Positions 13,191 through 24,990 of a DNA stretch of 64,000 nt are shown here, in pieces. The translations under genes were made by a program, and so were the position numbers. Source of the DNA: Eledone cirrhosa (Eukaryota). The number at the start of each line of letters is the position of its first letter. Position 1 is the stretch's first letter. Under the pieces are notes generated by a model. The model saw only the letters and a list, made by a program, of their open reading frames with translations. It searched no databases and was not told where the DNA came from. Where the stretch lies: the NCBI GenBank assembly GCA_964016885.1, contig OZ024742.1:357306001-357370000 (forward strand), read 5' to 3'.

Positions 13191-14230
13191 ACCATTATAA
13201 TTTATTCTTTTGACTGAGTTTATAAAAACAATTGTTTCACTAAGGCTAAATAGGAAACTGTGAATATTTGTGATTTTTCAAGGAAAAAAATAATATTTTT
13301 TATTGAACAAAAAGATGTAAATGTTTAGCCTCCACTCCTAATTTTTTTAGCATTAAACTGATGATAGATAGACCCCTGCCTCTTCAATAGATTAGAAGTA
13401 GGATTGTCATAACTAGCTTTTTTTTTATTTGAATTCAACACAGAGAATGTTACTAATGAACTAAAGACCTTCAGCTGTTTATAATGTTATATATCTTTCA
13501 TTTTAGGGCTATATTTTCATAGCCATTAAGAGTTAACTATCAAGATGCCCAACCAGTTATAACAAATAAACTGCTAAGCTCTAGGTTTGCTGTCTGATAC
13601 CTTATGAAATAGCTATTTAAGTCACAATAGCAATAAAAGTAAAAGAAGATTGCTTCAACTGGATTTAAAACTTCTACATTCTTGCATCTTCTGGCTGTAG
13701 CAGCAGGAATCCTATAAATGTTAATAGTGTAGTCCACTATCAAAAGGTAGTGGACTATACATTGATGCTGCAAGTCATTTTACCTTACAAATATATAATT
13801 GTTATTAAATGATTTAGCTTATTATAGATATTAAAATAGATTAGAAAATATATAGAAATATAAAGTGAGGTTTATTTTATTAAAAGCTTTATAAAGATTA
13901 TAATAAAATGCTATTTAATAATTGCATTTAATCAAACAAATTGTGAGATAAAATACCAGTGATTTTAAAATTATGTTCTGTGGCCCACTAAGTTCTAATT
14001 GTATGTATGTGTCGACCCATAACTCCTATCTTGGGCACTTTAAACCAGGCAGAGACTATCCCCGCACTAGGTTGCAGTGCATCTGATTTCTTCCAGAAAG
14101 AAAGTGATTAAGAATGATAAGAGAGGAAATGAGGAAGAGATATAGAGAAGGAATCGACTCCACTACTGGACTGGTACTTGTTTTAGCTCCCTCAAATGGA
14201 TGAGAAGTGGGATTTGAAATCAGAGAGCAC

Positions 14231-14625
14231 AACCTTCCCTGTGGAGTGTGAACGACTGTAGAATATTTTATTGTTAACCATCCCTGTGGAGTGTGAACGA
14301 CTGTAGAATATTTTATTGTTAACCTTCCCTGTGGGGTGTGAACGACTGTAGAATATTTTATTGTTAACCTTCCCTGTGGAGTGTGAACGACTGTAGAATA
14401 TTTTATTGTTAACCTTCCCTGTGGGTTGTGAACGACTGTAGAATATTTTATTGTTAACCTTCCCTGTGGGTTGTGAACGACTGTAGAATATTTTATTGTT
14501 AACCTTCCCTGTGGAGTTTGAACGACTGTAGAATATTTTATTGTTAACCTTCCCTGTGGAGTTTGAACGACTGTAGAATATTTTATTGTTAACCTTCCCT
14601 GTGGGGTGTGAACGACTGTAGAATA
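14231..14625. repeat. 45-bp minisatellite, about 9 copies
   Basis: Unit aaccttccctgtggagtgtgaacgactgtagaatattttattgtt starts at 14231, 14276 and so on; copies are nearly identical. Confidence 0.95.
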
Positions 14626-14965
14626 CAGCTGGATGTCCTTCCTAATGCCAACCTCATTTACAGTGAGTACTGGGTGCTTTTGTCGTGAAACCTACACAAC
14701 CACTTTACAGGGAGTACAGGGTGCTTTTTGTCATGACACCATACACGATCACTTTACAGTGAGTACTGGGTACGTTTTGTCGTGAAACTTACACAATCAC
14801 TTTACAGTAAGTACTGGCTACTTTTTGTTGTGAAACCTACACGGTCACTTTACAGAGAGTACTGGGTACTTTTTGTTGTGACTCCTACACGATCACTTTA
14901 CAGTGTGGATTGGGTGTTTTTTGTCGAGTCACTATCACAACCACTTTACAGTGTGGATTGGGGCT
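14626..14965 (-). repeat. RTE 3'UTR fragment with a 48-bp module expanded to about 6-7 tandem copies
   Basis: cagctggatgtccttcctaatgccaacctcatttacagtg (RTE/SINE-B tail motif, antisense) is followed by units starting cactttacag at 14701, 14750, 14798, 14846, 14894 and 14942. Confidence 0.85.
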
Positions 14966-15874
14966 TCTACAACTATAAGTATACAATAATTACTATAATT
15001 ATACATACTCTTCATATAATTCTCATGCTAAGCCAAAATGACACATCATCATTTAACATCTATTTTCCAGGCTAGCATAGGTTATATGGTACAAAGCTGG
15101 TCCTTTAAATCATAGATATACTTAGCCCAACAAGCTTGCACACAGTTTCAATTTAGCTAGTTTCACACACCAATTAGGATGATCCATAACTATAATAAAT
15201 TATAGTCCAAGATTCTATGAAGTAGAGCTGAAACTGGGTTCTACTCATTGCAAAACAAACTTCTGAACCACTAAACTATGACTGCATCTACAATTTGCAG
15301 ATCACATTAATTATGTTAACATTCATTCAACAATTATGATGGTGTCCCTAGCTATTTTCTGTCAATCATTATTTGATCTATAGCTTTGTTCAGATCAGCT
15401 AAACTAAAACAAATCCAGCACTTGTCGATGACTCACACAACTGCACACATAATAGATGTTGAAATCAGTAGAAATTTATTTCTATCTGCAAACCAATATG
15501 GTTTGGCCAAAGAAGAACGAACTAGCAGCAGAATATTGAGAGATTTATAGCTAGTCAACTGTCAATGAAGTTGTGACAGGATTTACAACTAAGAATAGGA
15601 TTTACAGTAGCACTTTGATTGCCTGTTGTATGTGAAAATGTAAGAACCTTTATTATTCAGCCTGACTTTTATGTCTATCGGAGATGCTTATCTTTGATGT
15701 TTATTTACTTTGCATATCTTTTATCCATAGTCCATTTGTATAACTTCATAGAACTAATGCTATTTATTCTACTTTGTCACTTCTTCATTTTTTCTTATAT
15801 ATTCTTTCACATTTCTTCTATTGTTTTCTTCTTTTTCTACATTCTTCTATGTGTTTTCACATTCTCCATTTGTT

Positions 15875-16150
15875 TCATCATCATCATCAACACCATAATA
15901 TGTCCACTTTTCCATGCTTTCATGGTTTGGATATGTCTTTTCTAGCATAGCATCCCTCTATTTGTTGTATTCCTGTGTCACCTCCTCTGCGAGCTTCAAT
16001 AATTTCAGATCATCCCTCACCAGGTCTGCCCAAATATTTCCTCGTCTTCCTCTACTGCAGCTAACTTCCACCAGGATTTCATGGCACTTACTTACTGAAC
16101 GTTCATCACTCATACATATTTCATCATTTTCATTGCACTTTGTCCATAAC
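15875..16150 (-). mobile_element. Degenerate RTE LINE 3' fragment
   Basis: Minus-strand translation resembles the RTE C-terminus (RGRRGNIWADLVRDDLKLL) and ends in a (GAT)n tail. Confidence 0.7.
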
Positions 16151-17262
16151 CAAAACAATTCACTTTAAATAACTTCTTCTTGTTGTGTCGACTTTAAATA
16201 ACAAAGTCAACATAACTTTAAATAGTTACCATTAAAATGTATAATGTCCTGCAGTACATTTCTGCCACACTAATTCATTTGTTATACAGAGGCCTGTATA
16301 ATTTTTGTGCAAATATTAGCTTAAATTTCCCTTGATTCAGGGTCACCTTCATGAATTTAACCAATCTGTTATTGATGGATGTATCTAGGGTTGGATTTAA
16401 ATCTTGGGGGTCTGGGGCACTTCAGGTTTAGGGTATTAAATTGAAAAATTCTAACCATCCTAAAACATATAGGGTCCCAAAGCTAGAAATATACCCTGGT
16501 CTGATGTAAAATGTCAGCCCAATTAAAAATTACTTATTAAGTATTTTAGTAATCAGTGGTAAAGAAAATCAAATATTACCGTTCAACAAGATGCAAACGT
16601 TTAAACCATGCAGCCATGTCTGTGTCAATATTAACAAATATTTACTTAATACATATAAAACATGTTAGATCTGAGATAGGGGCAGATAAGTAATATGATG
16701 ATGATGATAGTGATGGTATGATGGTGGTGGTGGTGGTATTTATATCAAGTTCTATTTCTCTTTATTCTGTTCTGTTACCTGTAAGTGTTTAATGTACAAT
16801 TCATGTACAAACATACATCTGTAACTCAAATATAAATCATAGTTGAACCCCAAAATGAGTTAAAGGAAGTCACTCAAATGTTTCTTTATCCTAACTTTAG
16901 ATAAATACACTAATTTACAAATATAAACATTTTTCGATTAATTGGAATTCTTTCCTTATTTTTGAAAAAAAACTGGAAACCCCTTAATAACAACTCGGAA
17001 AGAAGATGCAAAATAATTTCAAAATTTTAAGAATTAAGTTCACAAAATTGTTTTATATACTAAGAGGAAAATATAATCTAAGTTTGTAAACAAGTCTATA
17101 ATAAATAATGATATTGATTGTCACACTAATGACCTGAATATTTGACAAATTTGGAAGTTGAATATATTATTACAGGTCTACCAAATATAAACAAATTCTT
17201 TGAGTACATGGAATCTATGAAAAGATTCAACAGAAACTTATACTTTACAGCTTTCCTTGTTT

Positions 17263-17592
17263 CATCATCATCACCGTTTTATGTCTGTTCTTCCATGCTA
17301 GCATTGGTTAGACGGGTTGTCCTGTTGTGGACAGTGTCCAGTCGGCTGACCTTATCTTTCTCATACAGGAACTGATTCTGGTGATTTCTACAGCTGGATG
17401 CCCTTCCTAACACCAACATCATTTACAGTGAGTGCTGGGTGCTTTTTTTGCTGTGACACTTCCACGACCACATTGCAGCGGGAGAGTGTGGGGGCATATT
17501 GTCTATATGCTTCAGCTTTGGCTTGAACCCGTGGGAAGTCAGGTCTTATGTATTACTGCGTGACGCCAGATGTCACAGTCGTGTGTCATCGC
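17263..17592 (-). mobile_element. RTE family B 3'UTR fragment
   Basis: Antisense match to the 3' end of the RTE-B copies at 18130-18500 and 46471-46840, including the (GAT)n tail. Confidence 0.85.
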
Positions 17593-17769
17593 CCTATTTT
17601 CTATTTGATTTTCTTATGCCTAATCTACCTCCATTGGCCTTCAATTAATGAAATTTTTATTTTTATTTTACTCTTTTACCTGTTCCAGCCATCTGGCTGA
17701 GGTCATGCTAGGTTACTGCCCTTTTATTAAAAAATTTTTTTTTTTTGTTTCCCCTATTGAATTTATTTT

Positions 17770-18500
17770 TGTATCCGAACAGCGATGATGCATGGTAGTG
17801 AGACCTGGGAGTTGAAGGTGGAAGACTTACGTAGATTAGAGAGAAACGAAGCCTGCATGCTCCGATAGATTTGTAATAGTAATATACGCGAACGACAAAG
17901 CATAAATGAATTGAGAGAGAGACTGAGCATAAGAGGAATCAAATGCTGTGTGCAGGAGAGGCGGTTGCGTTGGTATGGACATGTGATGCGTATGAAGGAT
18001 GACAGCTCCATAAAAAGGTGCAGGGCACTAGAAGTCGAGGGAAACCGCAGAGTGGGGAAACCCAAGATGACCTGGGATGAGGTGATAAAAGCCGACCTTA
18101 CCCAATTACACCTCTCAAAGGCAATAGCACACGACCGTGACCTCTGTCGTCACGCAGTAATACAGAGTACCCGACCTCCCATGGGTACAAGCTGAAGCAT
18201 ATAAACAATATGCCCCCACACCCTCCACTGCAAGGTCGTCGTGGAGGTGCCACGGCAAAAAAGCACCCAGCCCACACTGTAAAGTGAATGTGTAGGCGCC
18301 ACAAAAAAGCACCGAGCACTCACTGTAAATGAGGTTGGTGTTAGGATGGGCATCCAACTGTAGAAATCAAGCCAAATCAGTTCCTGTATGAGCAAGGCAT
18401 GGTCAGCCGACCAGACACTGCCCACAACAGGACAACCCGTCTAACCCATGCTAGCGTGGAAGAACGGACGTAAAACGGTGATGATGATGATGATGATGAT
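17770..18500 (+). mobile_element. RTE family B, 5'-truncated 3' fragment
   Basis: Encodes ...AMMHGSETW...[13 protein letters not shown]...GKPKMTWDEVIKADL, with a premature stop near 17866. The 3'UTR and (GAT)n tail match the element at 46471-48228. Confidence 0.92.
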
Positions 18501-19249
18501 TCTTTGTCTTACTAGGTCTTTTTGATTACCAACTATAAGGAGTACTCAATACTTCCCCAAGTCGGGCATGGCCTACTAGCTCTATACGGATGTTTAAATT
18601 GATTATATAAATAACTAAATAATGTGGTGACATCAAAAAATGAGAGTCTCACTTTATTATCAATTTAACAATACAAAATATTTTTTTGTCAGTCACCTAT
18701 ATTTATTTATCATTTATTTTGACTATATCATTTTATAAAATATGAAATAAGTGACTATCTTATATTTATCACTTCTTGAAAATATACTCAATAATTGACA
18801 GTGATTCTATTATTATTTGTGATGCATTATGAAGAAAATGCTACCTGTTCTCCATGACAATCAATGTCTTTCTATTGCCAATAGTATATTACATATTTCT
18901 AATACTGATAAGTTCATTCCTCAATATCTTTCAATAATTTCTATACAGTATTCATCCTATCATTTCAATGCAGCAAAGAAAATATGTTTGCTATGAAACT
19001 CATATTTTGCACAACTTTCTGCAATATTTACAATTTGCTGTTGAGAGATATTAATGTTCTGTTGTGTTGGGAGAATCATTATTACAATCACTGTCATCAT
19101 TACTGTCACCAACCTTGTTTTTGTCATTGACATCATTATTATCACTCCATCATCTCTTTGGTGTTTATCATACAGAAAACATTCCATCAACACACAGAGA
19201 TAAGTAAGTCAGTAGTTATATAGACACTCACACTTATATACTTATATGC

Positions 19250-19545
19250 ATGCATAGACACACATTTATATATATCTGTGTGTGTATGTCTATGTGCGTG
19301 TGTATGTGTGTGTCTGTATGTCTATATGCATGTGTATGTGTGTGTGTGTGTGTCTATGGGTGTTTGTCTATATGCGTGTGTATATATGTGTCTGTGCGTG
19401 TGTGTCTATGGGTGTGTATGTGTATATGTGTGTATGTGTGTGTCTGTGTCTATGTGTGTATGTCTATGTGTGTGTGTAATGTGTGTGTGTATGGGTGGGT
19501 GTGTGTATGTGTGCGTCTATGTATGTGTGTGTTTCTATGTGTGTG
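19250..19545. repeat. Compound (TG)/(TA)/(TC) microsatellite
   Basis: Directly visible dinucleotide tract. Confidence 0.95.
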
Positions 19546-19754
19546 CCAATATGGATATCAAATATTTAAAAAATACATTTTGTTTTTCATTGCTATTTTG
19601 TCAGGATTTACTTCATATGTTCCTTTGATTTATATTTTTTGCTATTTCAAATATTTCTGCACTCAGAAATAATGTGTGAAGCTAAAATATCTGATTGGAT
19701 AATATATGGAGTTAACATCTCATTGGTCAGCAGTTCAAATTTAGCTAACTTGTC

Positions 19755-20040
19755 ACAAACATTTTTTCACACTCAGAGTTACTGAAGCATGGAACAAACT
19801 ACCTGCATCAGTTGTTAGTTGCCGGGACACTGCATCCTTCAAAACTTACATGCTTCCCAAAATTCTCCAACACTATCCCTGATATTCCCCCTCCATGCAC
19901 ACTCGCTCATGTATCTGTGTGTATATCAGGACTCATCTACTGTTCACTTTCCTGACATTTGTACATTATTCTATGTAATATACAAGCACATTTGATGAAT
20001 TGTAGTGCACCTGAGCACTGTACACAATCATTTTCATTAT
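19755..20040 (+). mobile_element. CR1/L2-like LINE 3' end
   Basis: Translates to KHFFTLRVTEAWNKLPASVVSCRDTASFK, typical of CR1-clade C-termini. The 3'UTR is shared with 24690-24990/28059-28430, 36010-36290 and 42890-43118. Confidence 0.75.
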
Positions 20041-20119
20041 ATTTCAACCTGAGCTCAACTACATGGAAGGAATCAAATGTTAGGTACATGGTGAACAATA
20101 TTTTGGAAAAGGAAAGTCG

Positions 20120-20650
20120 ATTAAACCGACCCAGAGCGTTACTGGTACTTAATGTTATTGACCTCATAAGGATGAATGGCAATTCTAACCTTGGCAGAAT
20201 TTTAACTCAGAATGTAAAAAACAGGAAAAAATTACTGCTCTAAAGACTGGCAATCTACTGATAATAACAATAATTGTTTCTACTTTTGGCATAAGGTCAG
20301 CAATTACCCCACTGCATTATTTGTACTTTTTTATCAACCCCGTAAGGATGAAAGGCAAAGCTAATGTCGGCTGGGTTTGAACTCAGAACGTAAAGGGCCA
20401 TAACTCTATGTCTCAAAGCATGGTGTCTAATGCTCTAACGATATGGCCAATTCTGATAATAATAATTTTTTCTACTTTTGGCACAAGGCCAGCAATTACC
20501 CAGTACATCACTGGTACTTTATTTTATTGACCTCGTAAGGATGAAAGGCAAAGTTAACCTCAGCGGGATTTGAACTCAGAATGGCAAGGGCCATAACTCT
20601 ATGCATCAAAGCATGGCGTCCGATCTTCTAGCGATACTGCCAATGCACTA
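20120..20650 (-). mobile_element. Cluster of three adjacent SINE family A copies (about 20120-20250 degenerate, 20272-20452, 20460-20650)
   Basis: Each carries the antisense core (g/c)taaggatgaa(a/t)ggcaa and a B-box-like ...aactcagaa; the two better copies read ...tttgaactcagaa. Confidence 0.85.
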
Positions 20651-22189
20651 CTAATAATGAAAGGAAGTTATTGGAACTCGTGCACCAAATCATTGAGATG
20701 TGGTTACTCTAGACATTTGATTAAATATGCTGACCAGGGCACATCTCCTCTCTAAGTATCCAGTACTTCACTAAGTTTGGCCTGTGAGCACAAGCAGTTA
20801 CTGGGGGTGTGACTGAAAAATATCCTGGAGCCAGAAATGAAAGTCAGGGGAGAGCCAGTGCACCTGTCCCTCCTTAAAGACTTACAGACTTACAGTGCAC
20901 CTGTCCCTCCTTAAAGACTTACAGACATAAAGGTATCTTGTCACCCTAAAAACCCCAATTTTTAGATGATAGCTCTTTAAATCCTGGATAATGGTATTTT
21001 GTTTTTTCAAATCATTTCACTCTACAAGTATTTCCAAAAGAACATTATATAACCTGATGGAAGGAGTGTTTGAGGACTCTGCACCCATCTCAGGAATAAG
21101 CGGACAAAGAAGAAGATGTAGAAGAACATTAGATAATGCTGTTAAAAAAAAAAAGGTTTGTAAAAAGTTCTGAAGATGATGTTAAATGAACAAAATCTTT
21201 TTCAATCAACGGTAACTGAAACTTTTTCCAATCAGCTCTAATCTTTAAATTTTTCAAATCAGCACTGTTGTTTAAAATTTTCCCAGTCAGTACTAATCAT
21301 CAACAGTGTCCACTCAATACTAATCTAAACAATTTTCCTATCAGATCTTATAATTTTCCAATCAAAGGAAAAGCTTTTGATCTCTAAATAAGTTTACCAA
21401 TCAGTTTAAGCAGGTTTGATTAATTTGCATTTAGGGTAAGCAGAAAAATTAGCCAACCTGATCTTTAAGTGTAATTTATGGAGTATGTGGGGTTAAATAT
21501 TTTAGTATGTTCTCTGTATTTAGAGTAATGGCAATGTATTTGTTTGGCTTCAAGGTTTAGGGAATTGTGCAATAGTGCTTGATTTTGTTATTTTTATATG
21601 ACCAGTACCTTCTCAGTGGAATTTAATAGATGGAGATTAAGCAGGAGTCCAACCTATTGTCACTTATTCATGACATATTTATCATCCACTTTCCATCCCA
21701 TCCTAGCTCACCCATAGGATAGACAGCGCTCTTCAGTCAAGTCAAAATCTGACAGCCTCCCTAGTGCTGGTACCATGATAAAACACCCCAAGTACACCTT
21801 ATAAAGTGTTTGATGTAAGGAAGGGATTTCAGCAGTGGAAACCAGGCTAAAAGAGATTGAGAGGACAATACTGCCAATACACATAAGCTTCTCTAGTGAT
21901 GAAGCAACTATAAAATGCACCCATTACCTTCTGTAAAGTAGTTGGAAATAGGAAGGGCAGCCAGCTGTAAGAATAGAATCAAGATGAAACACACAAGCCA
22001 GACATAATGCCCACGCTATGAGGATATTAGATCCAAATAAGAACTAACTGCAAAAATTACAGCCTGTCTAACCAGCATGAAATAATAGCAGTAAAATTAT
22101 GTTGATAAGGATGATATATCATTTATCTTCATCTTTTAATGAATATAAAGTATAGTATATACTCCTCATGAACATACATGATATCAGGT

Positions 22190-22500
22190 TATGCCTTCTT
22201 TTTCTTTTCCCACTTATTCTTGAGAGGGTCATGAGATCAGAGTCCTCAAACACTCCTTCCAGCAGTTCCTGCCAAAAGCAACCATCTCCAACTGATCAGG
22301 CTCGATCCCCAAGCAACACCAGCCCAGCTCATTTTATCCAACCATCTTGCATGGTGTCTCACCCCTGGGTCTCCTGCCAGTTTGCTTTGCCCATAAAATC
22401 TGTCTAGTGATTCTTTCCTGGGACATTTTCCCCACATGTCCATAGTATCAGAGTTGTGATCTCTCAATCTGAAAAAGTAATGGCTCTACATGGGGTCACT
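22190..22500 (-). mobile_element. Degenerate RTE (Expander/Rex3-like) 3' fragment
   Basis: Antisense homologue of 39990-40350 (gagatcacaactc...ggacatgtgg...aagaataagtgg). Confidence 0.6.
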
Positions 22501-22659
22501 CTCTGATCAAAGTAAGGGTTGGCACGAATACCGAATTTAAGATAGCATTATACCAAATGATATATATATGATAAAAAAGTAGAATCGATGTAAATACTGA
22601 TGTTTTGCATCAGCAAATAGTAATATAAAGAAATCAGCAGAATGAATGTTATGCCACAA

Positions 22660-23023
22660 GGAAGAAGAAACATCTCATATGTAAATGTGAGAGAAAGGCA
22701 AAGCTTGGACGATCTGGAGAAACTGGGTTTAAAGAAAATCAGAGATGGTGTGCATGAGAGAAGACTGCATTGGTTTGGACATGTAATGCACATGGACAAT
22801 GACTGATGGGTGAAGAAATGCCAGGAAATCCCAGTGGAAGGAAGCAGCAGTAGAGGATGACCAAGAAAGACCTGGTCAGATGTCAGAGCTGACGGGAAAT
22901 CACTAAGACTGGCAGAGGAGATGACAAAGAAACGTGACTAGGAGAGAGATGCCATGTTGAGAAGGACCCGTCCAACCCATGTACACATAGAAAAGCAGAC
23001 ATAAAAATGATGATGATGATGAT
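22660..23023 (+). mobile_element. Degenerate RTE 3' fragment
   Basis: ERRLHWFGHVMHM...RG*PRKTW motif and a (GAT)n tail. Confidence 0.75.
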
Positions 23024-23544
23024 GTCAGGCAGAATTGTTCATCAGAGAAAGATGAAAATTTACTGGTGTTGCCAGATAAATATTTTTATTTATTCACTTT
23101 GATCTATAAACTTACTTTTTTTCAACTATCATCAGCATGCTTTCACCCTCCATTTATCATCAATTTCTATCATTCACCAGCCTATTTGATCAAAGCTATC
23201 TCTCCAGCACATGTCAGCTTATTCTTGTAATGACCAGCTATTTGTTCACTAAGCTTTATTTGTGCTCTATATTTCTTCGAAGTTAATATTACATATCCAA
23301 TGAATCAAAATTGAATTGTTTCTTTCTAACATTCACAAGCTGCTTATCTCCATTCAATACTCAAGCCGCATTGCCACATTTTATTTTCATCCTTCTGATA
23401 GTAAACTTATTCATTAACTCTGGAAAATATCTAAAAATTAGTTTGTTAACTCAAATATTTGTTTTATCTTTTCTAGTGAACTTTTCTAGTGAACATCAAG
23501 GAAGATTCTAATTTTTAATGGACTGCAATTGCAGTGCTGTTTCG

Positions 23545-23932
23545 TACAAGGGTAAGTCATACATTATCAGCACTTTCACCATATAATGTCATTAGGTTTG
23601 TCACACTGCCTTCTACTCGTGCATACTTATAGTGGGTACTATTGTGATCACATGATCAATGTTTGAGCTTGATCGCACCAGTTTTCTTGTTGCTGTTACA
23701 GTGTAAACATGGCCACTCCATTAGCAGTGTGCACCAAAGAAGAACAAAGAGCAGTGATCCGATTTCTCTGGTCAGAAGCTGTGATAGGGTTTGAAATTCA
23801 TTGGAGGCTTTTAACACAATACAACAACAGTGTACTACTGTGCAAAAAGGTGTATGAGTGGATCAAAAAGTTTAAAATTGGCTGGACAACTGTGATACAA
23901 GAAGGAGCAGGACACCCATCAACCTCCACCAA
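23545..23932 (+). mobile_element. Mariner-family DNA transposon 5' fragment (left TIR plus N-terminal HTH of the transposase)
   Basis: TA followed by CAAGGGTAAGTCA resembles the TACGAGGG start of mariner TIRs. The ORF at 23709 (MATPLAVCTKEEQRAVIRFLWSE...EIH.RL..QY...VYEWIKKFK.G...GAGHPST) matches the mariner N-terminal HTH. The catalytic domain is absent. Confidence 0.8.
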
Positions 23933-24689
23933 TGTCTTACTGATATGGTTTCATGGGGTACAGGACATTAAGAATTAAGAGAGGAACCTACAACTTTTGT
24001 TACCAACATATTTTACTCTATAATTGAGTTCTCAAATATGTTATAGAGACATTATTAATATTTAGAAATCTTTAAGAATAAATATTCAATTGAAAAAGTT
24101 AGAAGGTGAATAAAATTTAATTAATTAATTAATTTCAATTTTTAACAGTATTTTCTTTAGCTATGTTCCTTACCATTCTCTCTTCTATTTCATACTATGT
24201 ATTTTATTTTTTCTTTACTTTTGAAAAGAAACACAAAACTATTGCCTAAGACCTTTTGGCATATATTTTACACATTTTTATTGGCCTTTATTATATCCCC
24301 ATTCTGTTTATCACTTATCACTCCCTCTCACTCTCCCTTCCTTTCAATGTTTAATGTTATTTATTATTTTTCTATTTATTTTCCGATATTTTAATATGCA
24401 AATCAATTGGAAATTTCTTTCTTTTATTTTTAAATGAAATACAATTCTTTAAATTGTATTGTGTTTTCCCCAAGACACATGTTGAGGTCCCATCATTCTA
24501 GAAGTTTTTATATTTCTGAAGTATAATGAATTATTACTGAAACAAAAAGTTGAGGGTAAAAAGTGAAGTGAGTTCATCTCTGAAGTGTTGCTATCTTAAG
24601 CTAATACATCTCTTTCCATAATGCAGTAACTCTTTCATTACGATATTTCTAATGAAAATCACAGCCTATGATTTTCAAGTAATCACAAA

Positions 24690-24990
24690 TTAGATGAGAT
24701 TTAATAATACTGATGTGCTGAAAAGTGCTTGGAAACTGACTTGGTAGACACCCACAAGGTTATTAACGATCTTTCTAACAACAAGCATGGGTATATTTTT
24801 TAATTCTATACGTCTAACACCCATGGACATGCTTACAAAATCAGAAAACAATACAGCTCCCATGAATTTTGGAAACATTTTTTCCTTCTCAAAGTTGCTG
24901 AAGCATGGAACGAGCTACCTGCATTAGTTGTTAGTTGTCAGGACATTGCATCCTTCAAAACTTCCATGCTTCCTGAAATTTGTCAACACT
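24690..24990 (+). mobile_element. CR1-like LINE 3' region, interrupted by an RTE insertion (resumes at 28059-28430)
   Basis: THGHAYKIRKQYSSHEFWKHFF.LKVAEAWNELP..VVSC. The uninterrupted junction caacacta|tccctgatattccccc is seen at about 19868-19891. Confidence 0.8.

Noticed and set aside
14231-14625. CRISPR-like appearance of regular short repeats (also 34360-35050, 36950-37350)
   Set aside because: These are head-to-tail tandem units without unique spacers, there are no cas genes, and the context is eukaryotic.
20857-21400. 36-bp duplication (20857-20926) and a faint ~30-bp periodicity (21195-21400)
   Set aside because: Short or highly decayed local duplications with no further structure I can support.
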